Assembly (NCBI GenBank): GCA_965205975.1
Contig: OZ242195.1
Span: 256,001-320,000 of the forward strand
Reading direction: 5' to 3'
Origin: Candidatus Latescibacterota bacterium
GTDB lineage: Bacteria; Latescibacterota; UBA2968
Length of the DNA: 64,000 bases
This document shows, piece after piece, positions 38,920 to 49,457 of the stretch; the first letter of the stretch is position 1, and each line of letters begins with the position of its first letter. The notes beneath the pieces were generated by a model. The model did no database searches. It worked only from the letters and a program-made list of their open reading frames with translations, and was not told the origin of the DNA. The translations under genes were made by a program, and so were the position numbers.

Positions 38920-39756
38920 ATGGCTTATCGCACATTGGAAGATTTTTTTGGTGATATTGTGGGGAAAGCGCGTCGGGGACAGGGGATTTCGGAATCGGAA
39001 CTGGCGCAACAGGTGGGGCTTAGTGTTCGACAAATTGGACAAATAGAATCGTACGAGTTGACACCTGACGATCAGACTATTTGCCGACTTGCAGACGCAC
39101 TTCATCTCGATGGTGAAAAATTGGTGGAAGTGGCGCGTGGATGGGTGCCACCACAGGGTAATGCGGCGTTTGAAGATGAGGCCGTGCGGGTTGATCGATT
39201 GATTCTCGATGCGGGCATGACGGTGAATTGTTATGTCCTAAAGTGTAAGGCGTCGGGCAAAGGAGCTGTGATTGATCCCGGTGGGCAGGCGCAGTTGATT
39301 TTGGATGCGATAGCCGATGTACAGGTGACGCATATTTTGCTCACACATGGGCACGGCGATCACGTTGGGGCACTCGAAGCAGTTGCCGATGTGACACGGG
39401 CGCAGGTATGTGGTTGCGAGCGCGATTTTGCGTTGATGGGCGGGCGCAGCCAGCGGGTGACTGAACGCGTGGATGAGGGCTGGCAAACAGCGATTGGCGA
39501 ACTCGGTATTGATACGGTGAGTTTGCCCGGGCATACGGGCGGTGGCATTGGTTATTATACTGCGCCCGTGTTTTTTTCGGGCGATGCGCTATTTGCGGGT
39601 TCTCTGGGAGGGGCGAAGGGAGGTGCCTACCAAGGGCAAATTCAGGCTGTGCGTGCAAAGGTACTCTCTCTGCCGGAGGAAACGACTATTTTCCCCGGTC
39701 ATGGTCCGATTACGTCTGTGGCACAGGAGTTGGCGCATAATCCCTATTTTGTTTGA
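38920..39756 (+). CDS. XRE-type HTH + MBL-fold metallo-hydrolase
   Basis: N-terminal helical HTH (ARRGQGISESELAQQVGLS...IGQIE); THGHGDH, PGHT, GDALF, PGHG. Confidence 0.88.
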   Translation: MAYRTLEDFFGDIVGKARRGQGISESELAQQVGLSVRQIGQIESYELTPDDQTICRLADALHLDGEKLVEVARGWVPPQGNAAFEDEAVRVDRLILDAGMTVNCYVLKCKASGKGAVIDPGGQAQLILDAIADVQVTHILLTHGHGDHVGALEAVADVTRAQVCGCERDFALMGGRSQRVTERVDEGWQTAIGELGIDTVSLPGHTGGGIGYYTAPVFFSGDALFAGSLGGAKGGAYQGQIQAVRAKVLSLPEETTIFPGHGPITSVAQELAHNPYFV

Positions 39757-39787
39757 GATGGGTCCCTGTGCTGGAATCCGGGGCTTT

Positions 39788-39976
39788 TTATTTTTCTTCA
39801 GATGTCTGGGTTTCAACCCATTGTCCAATGGCCTGGCAGATGGATTCGACAGCGGCTTTTTTGCGCTCAAGGCGGTCAATATGCACGCGTAGCTGATCGA
39901 TTTGTGCGTCGATGTCTTGAAGTTCTTCCTTTGCTGCTTCAAGTGCTTGTTGATATAGGGGGGTTGGTTTAGCCAT
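39788..39976 (-). CDS. Small coiled-coil hypothetical protein
   Basis: Strong RBS AAGGAG; heptad-like ALEAAKEELQDIDAQIDQLR. Confidence 0.65.
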   Translation of the reverse strand: MAKPTPLYQQALEAAKEELQDIDAQIDQLRVHIDRLERKKAAVESICQAIGQWVETQTSEEK

Positions 39977-40325
39977 GAATTAATCTCCTTTTTATTAAGT
40001 AATAATGAAATTACGAGATCCAGCTAAACATAAGCTGTGCAGCCTTGTGGCGTCAAGCGCGAAAAAGTCCGCTTGCAGTTGATTCGACAAAGTGGTGTAT
40101 GTTTTTTTACCCGTTACAATTTATTACAATTTTCATGGGAACGAAGTGGTCCAGATGGTTGTTTAATGCTGTAAATTACAGATTCTTAGAGATATGCAAC
40201 TTTCTTTTGATTCACGCATTTAAAAAAAAGTAGTAAATTTCAATATATAGTGGGCGTTGAGAGTATGTCAACGCTGTTTCACAAGGATATTTCTCACAGT
40301 TGATTACGTCGCAAAGGAGCTAAAC

Positions 40326-43300
40326 ATGGCTCGGTGGTGTTGTCTTTTCGCGCGAAACGCAATATTCGTCCTCATTTTTGGGGTTTCAACCTCTGCTTTC
40401 GGGCAGGAATATTTTGGCAAAAACAAGGTCAATTACAGCCAGTATGCGTGGCATTATATCGACAGTGAACACTTCACGGTTTATTTTGATGAGGGTTCAC
40501 TGGGGCTGGCCGAGTTTGTTGCCAAAGAAGCCGAAAGATCTCTGGTACACATTGAGAAAACACTGAAATATACGCTGAAGGATCGCTATCCCATTGTTAT
40601 TTACAATTCTCACAATGGATTTGCGGTGTCGAATATTATCAGCGGGGAACAGTCTGAGTTTACGGGCGGATATACCGAGTTTGCACAGGGGCGCGTGGTG
40701 ATTCCCTTTACGGGGTCTTATGGAGATTTGCAGCACGTCATCCATCACGAACTCGTTCACGCTGTTACAATTGAGTTGTGGACCGGTGGCGGCTGGTTGG
40801 GATCTCTGGTTTCGCAGACATCGACATTGCCTCCGCTGTGGATTGCCGAGGGCATTGCCGAGTACGTATCTCGATATGGCTGGCATAAGGAGCACGACAA
40901 TTTTATGCGCGATGCAACCATTACCGGATATGTGCCGACTATCGAAATGATGTCCATGAGTTATTTTGCCTATCCCGGTGGCAGTTCAGTTTTTTATATG
41001 ATAGAACAGGAATACGGCAAGGACAAAGTGGCGTCCTTTATTTCTTCTTTCCGCACGGCCAAAACCCCCGATAAAGCACTCAAAGCATCTCTGGGATTTG
41101 GGATGAAGGAATTGGAGGAAAAATATCAATTGTGGCTCAAGCGGCAATACTGGAATGAGATCAATTTGCGCCATACGCCCAAAGAGATGGCAACAAATTT
41201 GACGGAGCGCGAAGACAGGCGTTCATCGTATAATTTATCTGCTGCGTTATCCCCACAAGGCGACAAGGTCGCGTATTTGACCGACCGAAATGGCACGTTT
41301 GATATTTATTTGATGTCGGCGATTGACGGCAAAGACCTGGGGCGTTTGGTCGAAGGGCAAAAGTCGTCTGCTTTTGAGTCGATGTTTGTTTTACGACCCG
41401 GATTTACCTGGTCACCAGATGGTCGGCATATTGCATTCGCTGCCAAATCGAATAACAAGAATACCCTGTATATCCTCGAAGTTAAAAATAAACAGATTCG
41501 CAAGCGATTTAAGTTTGACCTCGATGGCTTGTTTGAACCTACCTGGTCGCCCGATGGAGAAAAAATTGCCGTCGCGGGTATTAAAGATGGTTGGTCCGAT
41601 ATCTATGTGGTCGATTTGAACGACGAGTCGCTTACACGGCTTACAAATGATCCCTATGACGAGCGGCATCTGGATTGGTCGCCCGATGGCACATGGATCG
41701 CTATGAGTTCTGATCGTCCCGATACCCATTTGGAGTTCAATGGGGGGAAAGATTTTGCTTTTGGTCAGTACGATATTTTCTTACTGCGTACAGATGGCTC
41801 TGAAATGCGCCGCATTGTCGCGTCTGAAGACGCCGAAGATTCACATCCCGTATGGGGTGCCGATAGCAAACACGTCGCCTTTGTTTCTGACCGCACGGGA
41901 GTGGGCAATATTTATATTGCAAATGTTGACAGTACGCAGGAGATATATCCCATTACCAATTTGCTGTCAGGGGCGCAATATCTCGATTGGTCAGCCGATG
42001 GCAAAAAGATCGTGTTCAATGCGTTTCACAAGGGTGCCCTGGATATATTTGTGATGCGCGACCCACTTGCAGAGCGAAAAGAAATGGCGGATTTGCCGCG
42101 CACCCGGTTTGTCAAGCGCCTTGCTGGCGAAGATGAAAAGATGTTTGTCGAGTTGCAAAAGGAAAAATATGCGAGCCGCAAGATTGACAAAGTAGAAGCC
42201 GACAGCACCGCGGTCGATTCGACAGCAGAAAAAACAGAAAAGAAAGTGGCGCAGTGGATTTCCGATCAGGAAGCACTTGCAGCGGCAGAGAGTACACCTG
42301 CAGATAGTACGACTGAGATCGATACCACGCATCCGGTTGCAGGCAGTCCAGAAATGGCCGATACTGGCAAACAAGGGGTGAAAAACTGGGGTGAAAAGGA
42401 ATTTCAGGTTAAGAAGTACAAGCTAAAATTCAAGCCTGAACTGTTTGGTGCACAGGCGGGATTTGATACGTTCTACGGCGTGAGCAGTTCCATTGTATTG
42501 TCTATGAGTGATGTGATGGGCGATCACCGCGCCACGTTGGTGACGAGTTTGAATTTTTCGCTCAAAGACAGCGACTTTCTGCTTGCTTATGCCTATTTGA
42601 AGAATCGTACAAATTACGGTGCGCAGCTTTTTCACACGCGGTTCTTCTTCTTTGATAATACAGGTCGTCTGACTGCGGATCGATATTATGGGCTTTCGGG
42701 GATGCTCGAGCGGCCATTTAATCGGTTTGCCCGTTTGGAACTCAGTACGCGTTTTGTATCTGTTGATCGCGAAGAGGTGTTTACTGATATCAACAATTAT
42801 TTGTATCAGCCGGGCTTTCGCGGCGTTGGGCGGTTTTCGAGCCAATTGATCGAGCGTCGTCGGGCGGCTATCGGCGAAGTGGCTCTGGTGGGCGATAGCG
42901 CGTTGTACAGTTTGTTTGGCGCGGTAGATGGGCATCGCTATCGGTTGAATTTTGAAGGTTCTGGCGTGGGCATGAAATTTGCCACATTGACGCTGGATTA
43001 TCGTAAATATATGCGGTTGTTGAACGAATATACCTTTGCCATCCGGATGTCGGGTGGGACGGGTTATGGTCCCAACAAAACTATGTTTTTCTTGGGCGGT
43101 GTGAACAATCCAGTCAATCCGACATTTTCAACCATTGCCAGTGTTGATCAGAGTCGCGTGTTTTTCTCTTCTTATGTTTGGCCCCTGCGCGGCGCGAGAT
43201 TGCTCGAAATGGCGGGCGATTCTTATGTGCTGGCCAATGTCGCATTCCGGTTCCCGCTCATCCGGCAATTGGCCATGGGTTGGCCTTTACCGTTTTTCTT

Positions 43301-43595
43301 TCAGAATGTACAGGGTGAGTTGTTCTTTGACATCGGGGGAGCATTTAACCGCGTCAGTTGGAGAGACGGATGGACTTCCAGAGATGGCGGGTTTGAGCTC
43401 AATGTCCCGCAGCACTTTCGCAGCGGATCGAAACATGGACTGCCAAAACCGCAAATGGCTGCCGGGTACGGGTTTGGTGTGCGGGTGAATTTGGGTTATT
43501 TCCTGTTCCGATACGATCTGGCCTGGCCTACAGATCTCGCGCAAACATATCATCCATACCAGTATTTTTCAATTGATTTCACGGGTTTGTTCTAA
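40326..43595 (+). CDS. Zn-peptidase (MA clan) + TolB/PD40 propeller + Omp85/BamA-like barrel protein
   Basis: Signal peptide, FGKNKV, HELVH...EGIAEY, repeated WSPDG, C-terminal PLRG, GYGFGVR, terminal F. Confidence 0.85.
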   Translation: MARWCCLFARNAIFVLIFGVSTSAFGQEYFGKNKVNYSQYAWHYIDSEHFTVYFDEGSLGLAEFVAKEAERSLVHIEKTLKYTLKDRYPIVIYNSHNGFAVSNIISGEQSEFTGGYTEFAQGRVVIPFTGSYGDLQHVIHHELVHAVTIELWTGGGWLGSLVSQTSTLPPLWIAEGIAEYVSRYGWHKEHDNFMRDATITGYVPTIEMMSMSYFAYPGGSSVFYMIEQEYGKDKVASFISSFRTAKTPDKALKASLGFGMKELEEKYQLWLKRQYWNEINLRHTPKEMATNLTEREDRRSSYNLSAALSPQGDKVAYLTDRNGTFDIYLMSAIDGKDLGRLVEGQKSSAFESMFVLRPGFTWSPDGRHIAFAAKSNNKNTLYILEVKNKQIRKRFKFDLDGLFEPTWSPDGEKIAVAGIKDGWSDIYVVDLNDESLTRLTNDPYDERHLDWSPDGTWIAMSSDRPDTHLEFNGGKDFAFGQYDIFLLRTDGSEMRRIVASEDAEDSHPVWGADSKHVAFVSDRTGVGNIYIANVDSTQEIYPITNLLSGAQYLDWSADGKKIVFNAFHKGALDIFVMRDPLAERKEMADLPRTRFVKRLAGEDEKMFVELQKEKYASRKIDKVEADSTAVDSTAEKTEKKVAQWISDQEALAAAESTPADSTTEIDTTHPVAGSPEMADTGKQGVKNWGEKEFQVKKYKLKFKPELFGAQAGFDTFYGVSSSIVLSMSDVMGDHRATLVTSLNFSLKDSDFLLAYAYLKNRTNYGAQLFHTRFFFFDNTGRLTADRYYGLSGMLERPFNRFARLELSTRFVSVDREEVFTDINNYLYQPGFRGVGRFSSQLIERRRAAIGEVALVGDSALYSLFGAVDGHRYRLNFEGSGVGMKFATLTLDYRKYMRLLNEYTFAIRMSGGTGYGPNKTMFFLGGVNNPVNPTFSTIASVDQSRVFFSSYVWPLRGARLLEMAGDSYVLANVAFRFPLIRQLAMGWPLPFFFQNVQGELFFDIGGAFNRVSWRDGWTSRDGGFELNVPQHFRSGSKHGLPKPQMAAGYGFGVRVNLGYFLFRYDLAWPTDLAQTYHPYQYFSIDFTGLF

Positions 43596-43622
43596 TCTGC
43601 AAAATCAATCGCTGTATTTTAG

Positions 43623-43652
43623 GGAGAGGCATTTTGCGCCTCTCCTTTTTTT
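43623..43652 (+). terminator. Intrinsic terminator
   Basis: GGAGAGGC / GCCTCTCC followed by a T-run. Confidence 0.75.
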
Positions 43653-43732
43653 GTCAGGTTGATGGATAGTGGTTTTTTGTGTATTATTGAGGTGGTTAGA
43701 GATGAGTGGGATTTTCTGATGAGGGATTTGTT

Positions 43733-44047
43733 ATGACAGCCAAAAAATGTTACATGGCGGGATTGGGTAAGTTGGGAACTGGAGACCTGGAAGGCGCGAT
43801 TGTCGAATTTGAGAAGGCTGTTGCAGATGATGCCTCGTTTTACATGGCGCATCTGGGATGGGCACAGGCACTGGATCGGCAGGGGAAGATTGACGAGGCG
43901 ATTGAACAGGTCAATCTCGCTTTGCAAATAGTTCCCGATGAGGCACTTGCACATACGAGTCTGTCGCGCTTGTATCAGCAGAAAGGAATGATTGAAGAGG
44001 CCGAAGAGGAAATGGCTATTTCTCACAAACTCTCTCAAAATATTTGA
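43733..44047 (+). CDS. Small tetratricopeptide repeat protein
   Basis: 2-3 TPR-like units (LAHTSLSRLYQQKGMIEEAE). Confidence 0.8.
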   Translation: MTAKKCYMAGLGKLGTGDLEGAIVEFEKAVADDASFYMAHLGWAQALDRQGKIDEAIEQVNLALQIVPDEALAHTSLSRLYQQKGMIEEAEEEMAISHKLSQNI

Positions 44048-46074
44048 AAATGGCTCGTGTACTGAAAATGAGGACGTCCTGTTTGGGCGTCCTCTCTGTT
44101 TTTGTGTTAATGGCGTGTGTAACAGCAAACGCAGATTCGGTTGATTCGCTGCTGGCGCGCGCGCAGAGCGATACGTTGAGACCGCTTGATTACCGCATTG
44201 GTTTGCTTCGAAAAGCGCTCAGTGTGGATGGCGATCGCGCTGATGTTTGTGCGGCATTGGGTGCATTATTTATGGAAAAGAATACGCCTGCGGCGAGGTT
44301 GCGTGCAGATCGCTATATTTATCGCGCGATTGTATTGGATCCTGAGAATATAGACTATCATCTGTCTTACGCGACTCTGCAGCGCCAGAAGGGTTTTCGG
44401 TACAATGCCAGGCGATATTTTGAAAAGGTGCTCAGCATAGATTCAACACAGGTTGAAGCAGCCTGTGAAGTGGGCGATTATTATTTGCAGGATATGTTAA
44501 AATACGTTGATGCACGACGTTTTGACGGAGGTGGGAGTATGCGTTCTTTTGCAATGGAGAGTGTGCAAAAGGCCGCAGATTATTACCACTACGCACTTGC
44601 ACATGATCCCTATTGCAGGCGCGCGTATTACGGGTTGGGTATGCTGAGTATAGAGGGTGGGTATAATGAGGATTTGATTGTTATTGCACGGGCACTTTTA
44701 GACCGATGGCCACAGGATCGGGACGGTCTTTTGTTTTTGGGATTGGGGTATTATGTGGCCGAAAATTTTGAGGCAGCGGGCAAAGCATTTGATCGCGCAT
44801 ACGCACAGATGGATTCTGTTGGGCAGGCGGCAATGACTTCAATAGAGTTGTTGGGTGGTGGGGATGAGGCACACGCGCTTTTTTGGCAAAAACGCGATCC
44901 TTTATTTCTCACGCCTGTGAACGAAAGAAAGTTGGCACATCGCGGGCGGGTTGCTTATGCAAATTTGAGATTTGGTCTGCCCGATGAGGGGATTGCGGGC
45001 TGGAAAACGGATATGGGCAAGATATGGATTCGCTATGGTCGCTATGTCAATCGCGTGAGAATGCTTATTCCGCATCGGGAGATCTGGACTTATGAAGATT
45101 TTTCAATGGCCTTTTTTTCTTACGATTCTGTGCATTGGAAATTGGAATCGATGCAGGATGAACGCTGGGCGCTCGTTCCGGGTGGATGGGGCAGAAGTCA
45201 GATTCTGTCGTCCAATTTTTATTTGCTCGAGCGCTATGTCGATCCATACGGAGATCAGAAATACGGATTGCCCGTGCAGGTAGGATTTTTTAAGGCGAGA
45301 GAAGGACAGGTCAAAGTGGCGCTATCGTGGGGCATCCCCAAGCGTCAGTTGCAGTATCTCAAGCTCTATGAGACCTATCAAGTCGATTTAGATGCAGGTA
45401 TTTTTGTACACAGAAGTAACGGGCAAGAGGTAACAAATGTCAGGTGGGAACCAGAGGCATTTCGGGATGTTTGGACCGATTCATTAAAGGCACAGTATTT
45501 ATTGGGACAACGCGACCTGATTTTGGCACCAGATCAACAAGATGCCGATTCACTCGCGTTGGCTTTAGAAATTAGAGATGTGGGAAAGAAAACAGTGGGC
45601 GTGTTCCGCGATACGGTTTTTGTACAGACATTTCCCGATGATGTGGTTTCGATGAGTTCTATATTGCTGGCTTCACATGCAGGGGAGGGCAAAGAGGGGA
45701 TAGAGGTCATACCCAATCCGTTGAGAACTTTTGGTGCGGACGAGTTGTTGTATATCTATTTTGAGATCTACAATCTGGTACGCGGTGAGTTTGGGCAGAC
45801 GGATTTTTCTGTGACGTACAGAGTAGGACCGCCAGATTTGAGGCGTTTTTCCGATAAGCGAGATCGAAAGGCGATCGCGCAATTGGGAATAAGTGATGAC
45901 AGGTGGCGTATTTCCGTTAGTACAGATTATCGAGGAAGGGAGATGCAGGAGCCGATTTATTTATCCGTTGATTTAAGTGAGTTGGGGCCTGGTGTGCATC
46001 TGCTATCCATAGTTGTCACTGATCGTCAGACGGGTTTACAGGCCTGGCGAGAAACCCTGTTTCGCATTCTGTGA
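44044..46074 (+). CDS. GWxTD domain-containing protein with TPRs
   Basis: FWQKRDP...TPVNE, RVAYANLRF, GWKTDMGKIWIRYG; N-terminal signal; exact start uncertain. Confidence 0.85.
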   Translation: MKMARVLKMRTSCLGVLSVFVLMACVTANADSVDSLLARAQSDTLRPLDYRIGLLRKALSVDGDRADVCAALGALFMEKNTPAARLRADRYIYRAIVLDPENIDYHLSYATLQRQKGFRYNARRYFEKVLSIDSTQVEAACEVGDYYLQDMLKYVDARRFDGGGSMRSFAMESVQKAADYYHYALAHDPYCRRAYYGLGMLSIEGGYNEDLIVIARALLDRWPQDRDGLLFLGLGYYVAENFEAAGKAFDRAYAQMDSVGQAAMTSIELLGGGDEAHALFWQKRDPLFLTPVNERKLAHRGRVAYANLRFGLPDEGIAGWKTDMGKIWIRYGRYVNRVRMLIPHREIWTYEDFSMAFFSYDSVHWKLESMQDERWALVPGGWGRSQILSSNFYLLERYVDPYGDQKYGLPVQVGFFKAREGQVKVALSWGIPKRQLQYLKLYETYQVDLDAGIFVHRSNGQEVTNVRWEPEAFRDVWTDSLKAQYLLGQRDLILAPDQQDADSLALALEIRDVGKKTVGVFRDTVFVQTFPDDVVSMSSILLASHAGEGKEGIEVIPNPLRTFGADELLYIYFEIYNLVRGEFGQTDFSVTYRVGPPDLRRFSDKRDRKAIAQLGISDDRWRISVSTDYRGREMQEPIYLSVDLSELGPGVHLLSIVVTDRQTGLQAWRETLFRIL

Positions 46075-46084
46075 AATCAGGGGC

Positions 46085-47077
46085 CTATTTTTTGGTTTTT
46101 TTGTACCAAAGGAGTCTGATCAGTGGGGGGCCGCCAAATAAAATAAAACCGAAGAATGCGACTGCGTGTACCGACGTGGCAAATGCCAATGCGATTTCTG
46201 TTGGCACATGGTAGAAGTGGTGGAGGGTTTGGGCGCAAAAGAAATGATAGGAGCCTATACCACCCGGGGCGGGAAGGACAAATCCGATCGTGGCGATGGT
46301 CATCACAACCATAGCTTCAAACAGGCCGAGGTTGTACTTATGTGATAGGTCAAAACTGTAGAAGGGCAAGTACATGGCAAACAAATAAAGACTGTTGAGA
46401 ATCAGGGTTGACACCAATATCCCCGCGTAGCCTTCCACAGTGTGAATAGCTTTCATGCCCTGTAAAAAAGAACGCAAAATATGGGTTGCACCATCGGCCA
46501 GTTTGGGAGAGAGGCGCGCCAGCAGGCGGCGGAAAATGGACAGGCCGCGTTCTTCGCGGGCGGAGAGCAGTCCCAAAAATACGAAAGCAAACAGAATGAT
46601 GGGCAATGTCAGCAAGACGACTGGTTCAAGGCTGGGAAATACCGCGCCGATCTGTTCTCTGGCAAAAAATAAAACCACGCCCAAGATGATCAAGAGAGTG
46701 AGTACATCGAGCAAGCGTTCTACAATCACTGTCGCCAGGATTGCACTGATGCCGGTGGGGTGATCCCTTTCAAGGGCGAGGGCACGAGCAACTTCGCCAG
46801 CGCGTGGGAATACGACATTGCCCGCATAGGCGACCATGACAGCCCAAAATGCCGACCGAATGGAAATATTTGAGGCAACGGGCAATAGCAAAATGCGCCA
46901 GCGCCAGGCGCGGGGCAAGCCCGAAGCGATGATGATGATGGCCGATAAGAGCAACCACAAAGGATTGGCTGTTTGCAGGGCCTCCAGGAGGCGCGTTCCA
47001 TTTACATCTCTAAACGCTGCCCAGAGAAAGCCCCCCATTAACACGAGACTGGCTGCGAGTTTGAGAAGGTTTTTCAT
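46085..47077 (-). CDS. Lysylphosphatidylglycerol synthase TM / flippase-like protein
   Basis: RAWRWRILL, PRAGEVAR, ERLLD, PGGIGSYH. Confidence 0.88.
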   Translation of the reverse strand: MKNLLKLAASLVLMGGFLWAAFRDVNGTRLLEALQTANPLWLLLSAIIIIASGLPRAWRWRILLLPVASNISIRSAFWAVMVAYAGNVVFPRAGEVARALALERDHPTGISAILATVIVERLLDVLTLLIILGVVLFFAREQIGAVFPSLEPVVLLTLPIILFAFVFLGLLSAREERGLSIFRRLLARLSPKLADGATHILRSFLQGMKAIHTVEGYAGILVSTLILNSLYLFAMYLPFYSFDLSHKYNLGLFEAMVVMTIATIGFVLPAPGGIGSYHFFCAQTLHHFYHVPTEIALAFATSVHAVAFFGFILFGGPPLIRLLWYKKTKK

Positions 47078-47961
47078 GATGTCCCATATCCCAGGCTGCG
47101 AAGGGCGGTGTCTTTTTTTCGCCAGTTCTCATAGACTTTAACATGCAGGTCGAGATAAATTGGGCGTTCCAAAAATGCTTCGATTTTTTTTCGCGCCTGA
47201 TGTCCAATAGTTTTGAGGGTTTTTCCACCCCGTCCGATGACAATGCCTTTTTGAGAATTGCGTTCGACAATGATATTGGCCTGAATATAGACTTTGGGGC
47301 GGTTTTCTTCAAACGCCTCAATGTCGATTGCCGTTGCATAAGGCAATTCCTGGCGGAGATGGTGAAACACTTCCTCGCGAATGAGTTCCGCAACAAAAAA
47401 TCGTTCGGGCTGTTCGGTGAGCGTATCTTCCGGGTAGTACTGTGGGCCTTTTGGCAGTGCCTGGCGCAAGGCTGTGTGGAGGGCTTTTATGCCCTGTCCG
47501 TTGATGGCCGCTATGGATAAGACGGTCTGTGTAGCGAGTGAAGCGCGAATCTGTTGCTCGCAGCGTTGGGCTTGCGCACGTGAGATGAGGTCGGTTTTGT
47601 TTATAGCGATGATTTTGGGAATATCCCATTTTCCAAAGGTTTGTTGCACTTCGACGTCATAGGAAGTGTTAAATTCTGAACCATCAACGATGCCCAAAAG
47701 CACATCGGCACTTTGATATGCACGCCCAATTTGCCGATTCATAAATTCGTGAAGGCGATAGCGCGCAGACAAGATACCAGGGGTGTCGAGAAATATCATT
47801 TGAGTCTGTTTATCTGTGACAATCCCCAGGATATTATTGCGAGTTGTTTGGGGTTTGGGCGAAATAATGGATAGACGCTCCCCCACGAGTGCATTAAAAA
47901 GCGTGGATTTGCCGACATTCGTGCGTCCAGCGATTATGACATATCCAGATTTGAAAGCCAT
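47074..47961 (-). CDS. era: GTPase Era
   Basis: GRTNVGKS, PQTTR, DTPG, NKTD, KH domain SQKGIVIGRGG. Confidence 0.97.
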   Translation of the reverse strand: MAFKSGYVIIAGRTNVGKSTLFNALVGERLSIISPKPQTTRNNILGIVTDKQTQMIFLDTPGILSARYRLHEFMNRQIGRAYQSADVLLGIVDGSEFNTSYDVEVQQTFGKWDIPKIIAINKTDLISRAQAQRCEQQIRASLATQTVLSIAAINGQGIKALHTALRQALPKGPQYYPEDTLTEQPERFFVAELIREEVFHHLRQELPYATAIDIEAFEENRPKVYIQANIIVERNSQKGIVIGRGGKTLKTIGHQARKKIEAFLERPIYLDLHVKVYENWRKKDTALRSLGYGTS

Positions 47962-47971
47962 TACTGTCCAA

Positions 47972-48943
47972 TCAAAAAAATAAAATAGCCGAAATTCGGT
48001 ACGTATTGTCGAGTTGGTCGTGTTCCATGAAGGCGAGATCTACGCCGAACCGACGAAGTTGCAAGCCAGTACCTGCTGTAAAGTGTCCGTCTTTGTATCC
48101 GAGGCGAAATGCAAGGCGGTGTTGCAGACGGTATTCTATACCGAGTTGTATGCTGCGTGTTTTTTCCACTGTCGATTTTTTGTTATTCAGGTGTGTGCTA
48201 AAACCGACTTTCATATCGCCGCCGGGCACCCTGTGGTGGAGGGCGGAGCCAATGAGTAGAGATGGCGAAATACGATCTGCAATGCCGTCGGGAAATGCAA
48301 TGCGCGTTTTTGTGAGATCGCGTATTATCGCGCCAATGCGAAACGTCGATGTGGGTAGATAAAGCAGACCGATGTCCAGGCCAAAGCCACTTCCGATGCC
48401 CACGCTGAGATCGCGTCTGATCATTTTTATTCCTGCCCCAAGACGCAATTTATCTGTGATATACCGGCCATAAGCGATTCGAAAGACGTAATCTGCCGTG
48501 CCGATTTTATCGATTATTACGGGGCGATTATCTGGGCCAATTGGACGATTTGGATCTTCCAGACCCGTCAGAGCAATCCCATCAACGCCAGCGCGAACAA
48601 TGCCCAGACCAACGCCACCTTTTCTTATGGGCAAGCGCAATGCGAAAATATCTTGATTCACACTGCCGCCAAATTGCTCTGCATGTTGTAAGTGAATCTC
48701 ACGTTTTGTCAGAGATGAACTGCTATCCAGCCCAGGGTTGTACACCTCTGGCGCAAGTCCTGCGGGATTCCAATAGATCGCTGTTGCATCAAAACTGAGC
48801 GCGACATAAGCACTTCCCATGCCCAGCGCGCGGGCACCGGCACCCAATAAGAGTGGGTCTCCTGCATAATGGGATGTCTGCGCATGGGTTGGGCTTGTAA
48901 ACGCGCCGGTGCAATACAATGCCAGGATCGCAAAGCGTTTCAA
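47972..48943 (-). CDS. PorV/UPF0164-like outer-membrane protein
   Basis: Signal peptide, GARALGMGSA...AIYWNPAGL, beta-strand pattern, terminal F. Confidence 0.8.
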   Translation of the reverse strand: MKRFAILALYCTGAFTSPTHAQTSHYAGDPLLLGAGARALGMGSAYVALSFDATAIYWNPAGLAPEVYNPGLDSSSSLTKREIHLQHAEQFGGSVNQDIFALRLPIRKGGVGLGIVRAGVDGIALTGLEDPNRPIGPDNRPVIIDKIGTADYVFRIAYGRYITDKLRLGAGIKMIRRDLSVGIGSGFGLDIGLLYLPTSTFRIGAIIRDLTKTRIAFPDGIADRISPSLLIGSALHHRVPGGDMKVGFSTHLNNKKSTVEKTRSIQLGIEYRLQHRLAFRLGYKDGHFTAGTGLQLRRFGVDLAFMEHDQLDNTYRISAILFF

Positions 48944-49452
48944 GGATTGGCCTCTGCATGGGGGATGAAGATGGCGATACTGCCGGGACGCAATGCCGAT
49001 CCCAGGGCTTTGATATCGAGAGGAGATAAAGTGATGTGCGGCGTGATACCTGTTGAAATTCCGTCTGCTCGAATGACGAGGTTTGGCGCAAAATAGAGGC
49101 GGGAACGATGGCGAGGCCCTTCTATCAGGCGTCCGGAGAAGTCGAAGGGGAAAAGCCGCCCGCGAAGTCGCAGATTTGCATTGCCGGGTTCAACCGAGAT
49201 GGGATCAATTCTGTTCACAAAGGAGTAGTTCTGGGTATGGCGTGCTTCTATGGGCGACAAGTTGAGGATGGAGCACGTTCTCAGGACATTGCCCTGTGAT
49301 TTGAGGTGAATTTGCTTTGAGGGGACGTCGATGATAAGGTAGAATTCGCCCGGTGCTGTTTTGACCTGGTCGAGTTCTCGAACAAGGGCTTCGCGGTAGT
49401 TTTGGAGAACGATTTTGTCCTGACCAAATACAGGCGTTTCCACCAGAAGCAA
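48940..49452 (-). CDS. Hypothetical exported protein, degenerate L,D-transpeptidase-like
   Basis: YLIIDVPSKQIHL...VLRTC and ITLSPLDIKALGSALRPGS parallel the neighbouring YkuD fold; start uncertain. Confidence 0.6.
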   Translation of the reverse strand: MLLVETPVFGQDKIVLQNYREALVRELDQVKTAPGEFYLIIDVPSKQIHLKSQGNVLRTCSILNLSPIEARHTQNYSFVNRIDPISVEPGNANLRLRGRLFPFDFSGRLIEGPRHRSRLYFAPNLVIRADGISTGITPHITLSPLDIKALGSALRPGSIAIFIPHAEANP

Positions 49453-49457
49453 ACAAA

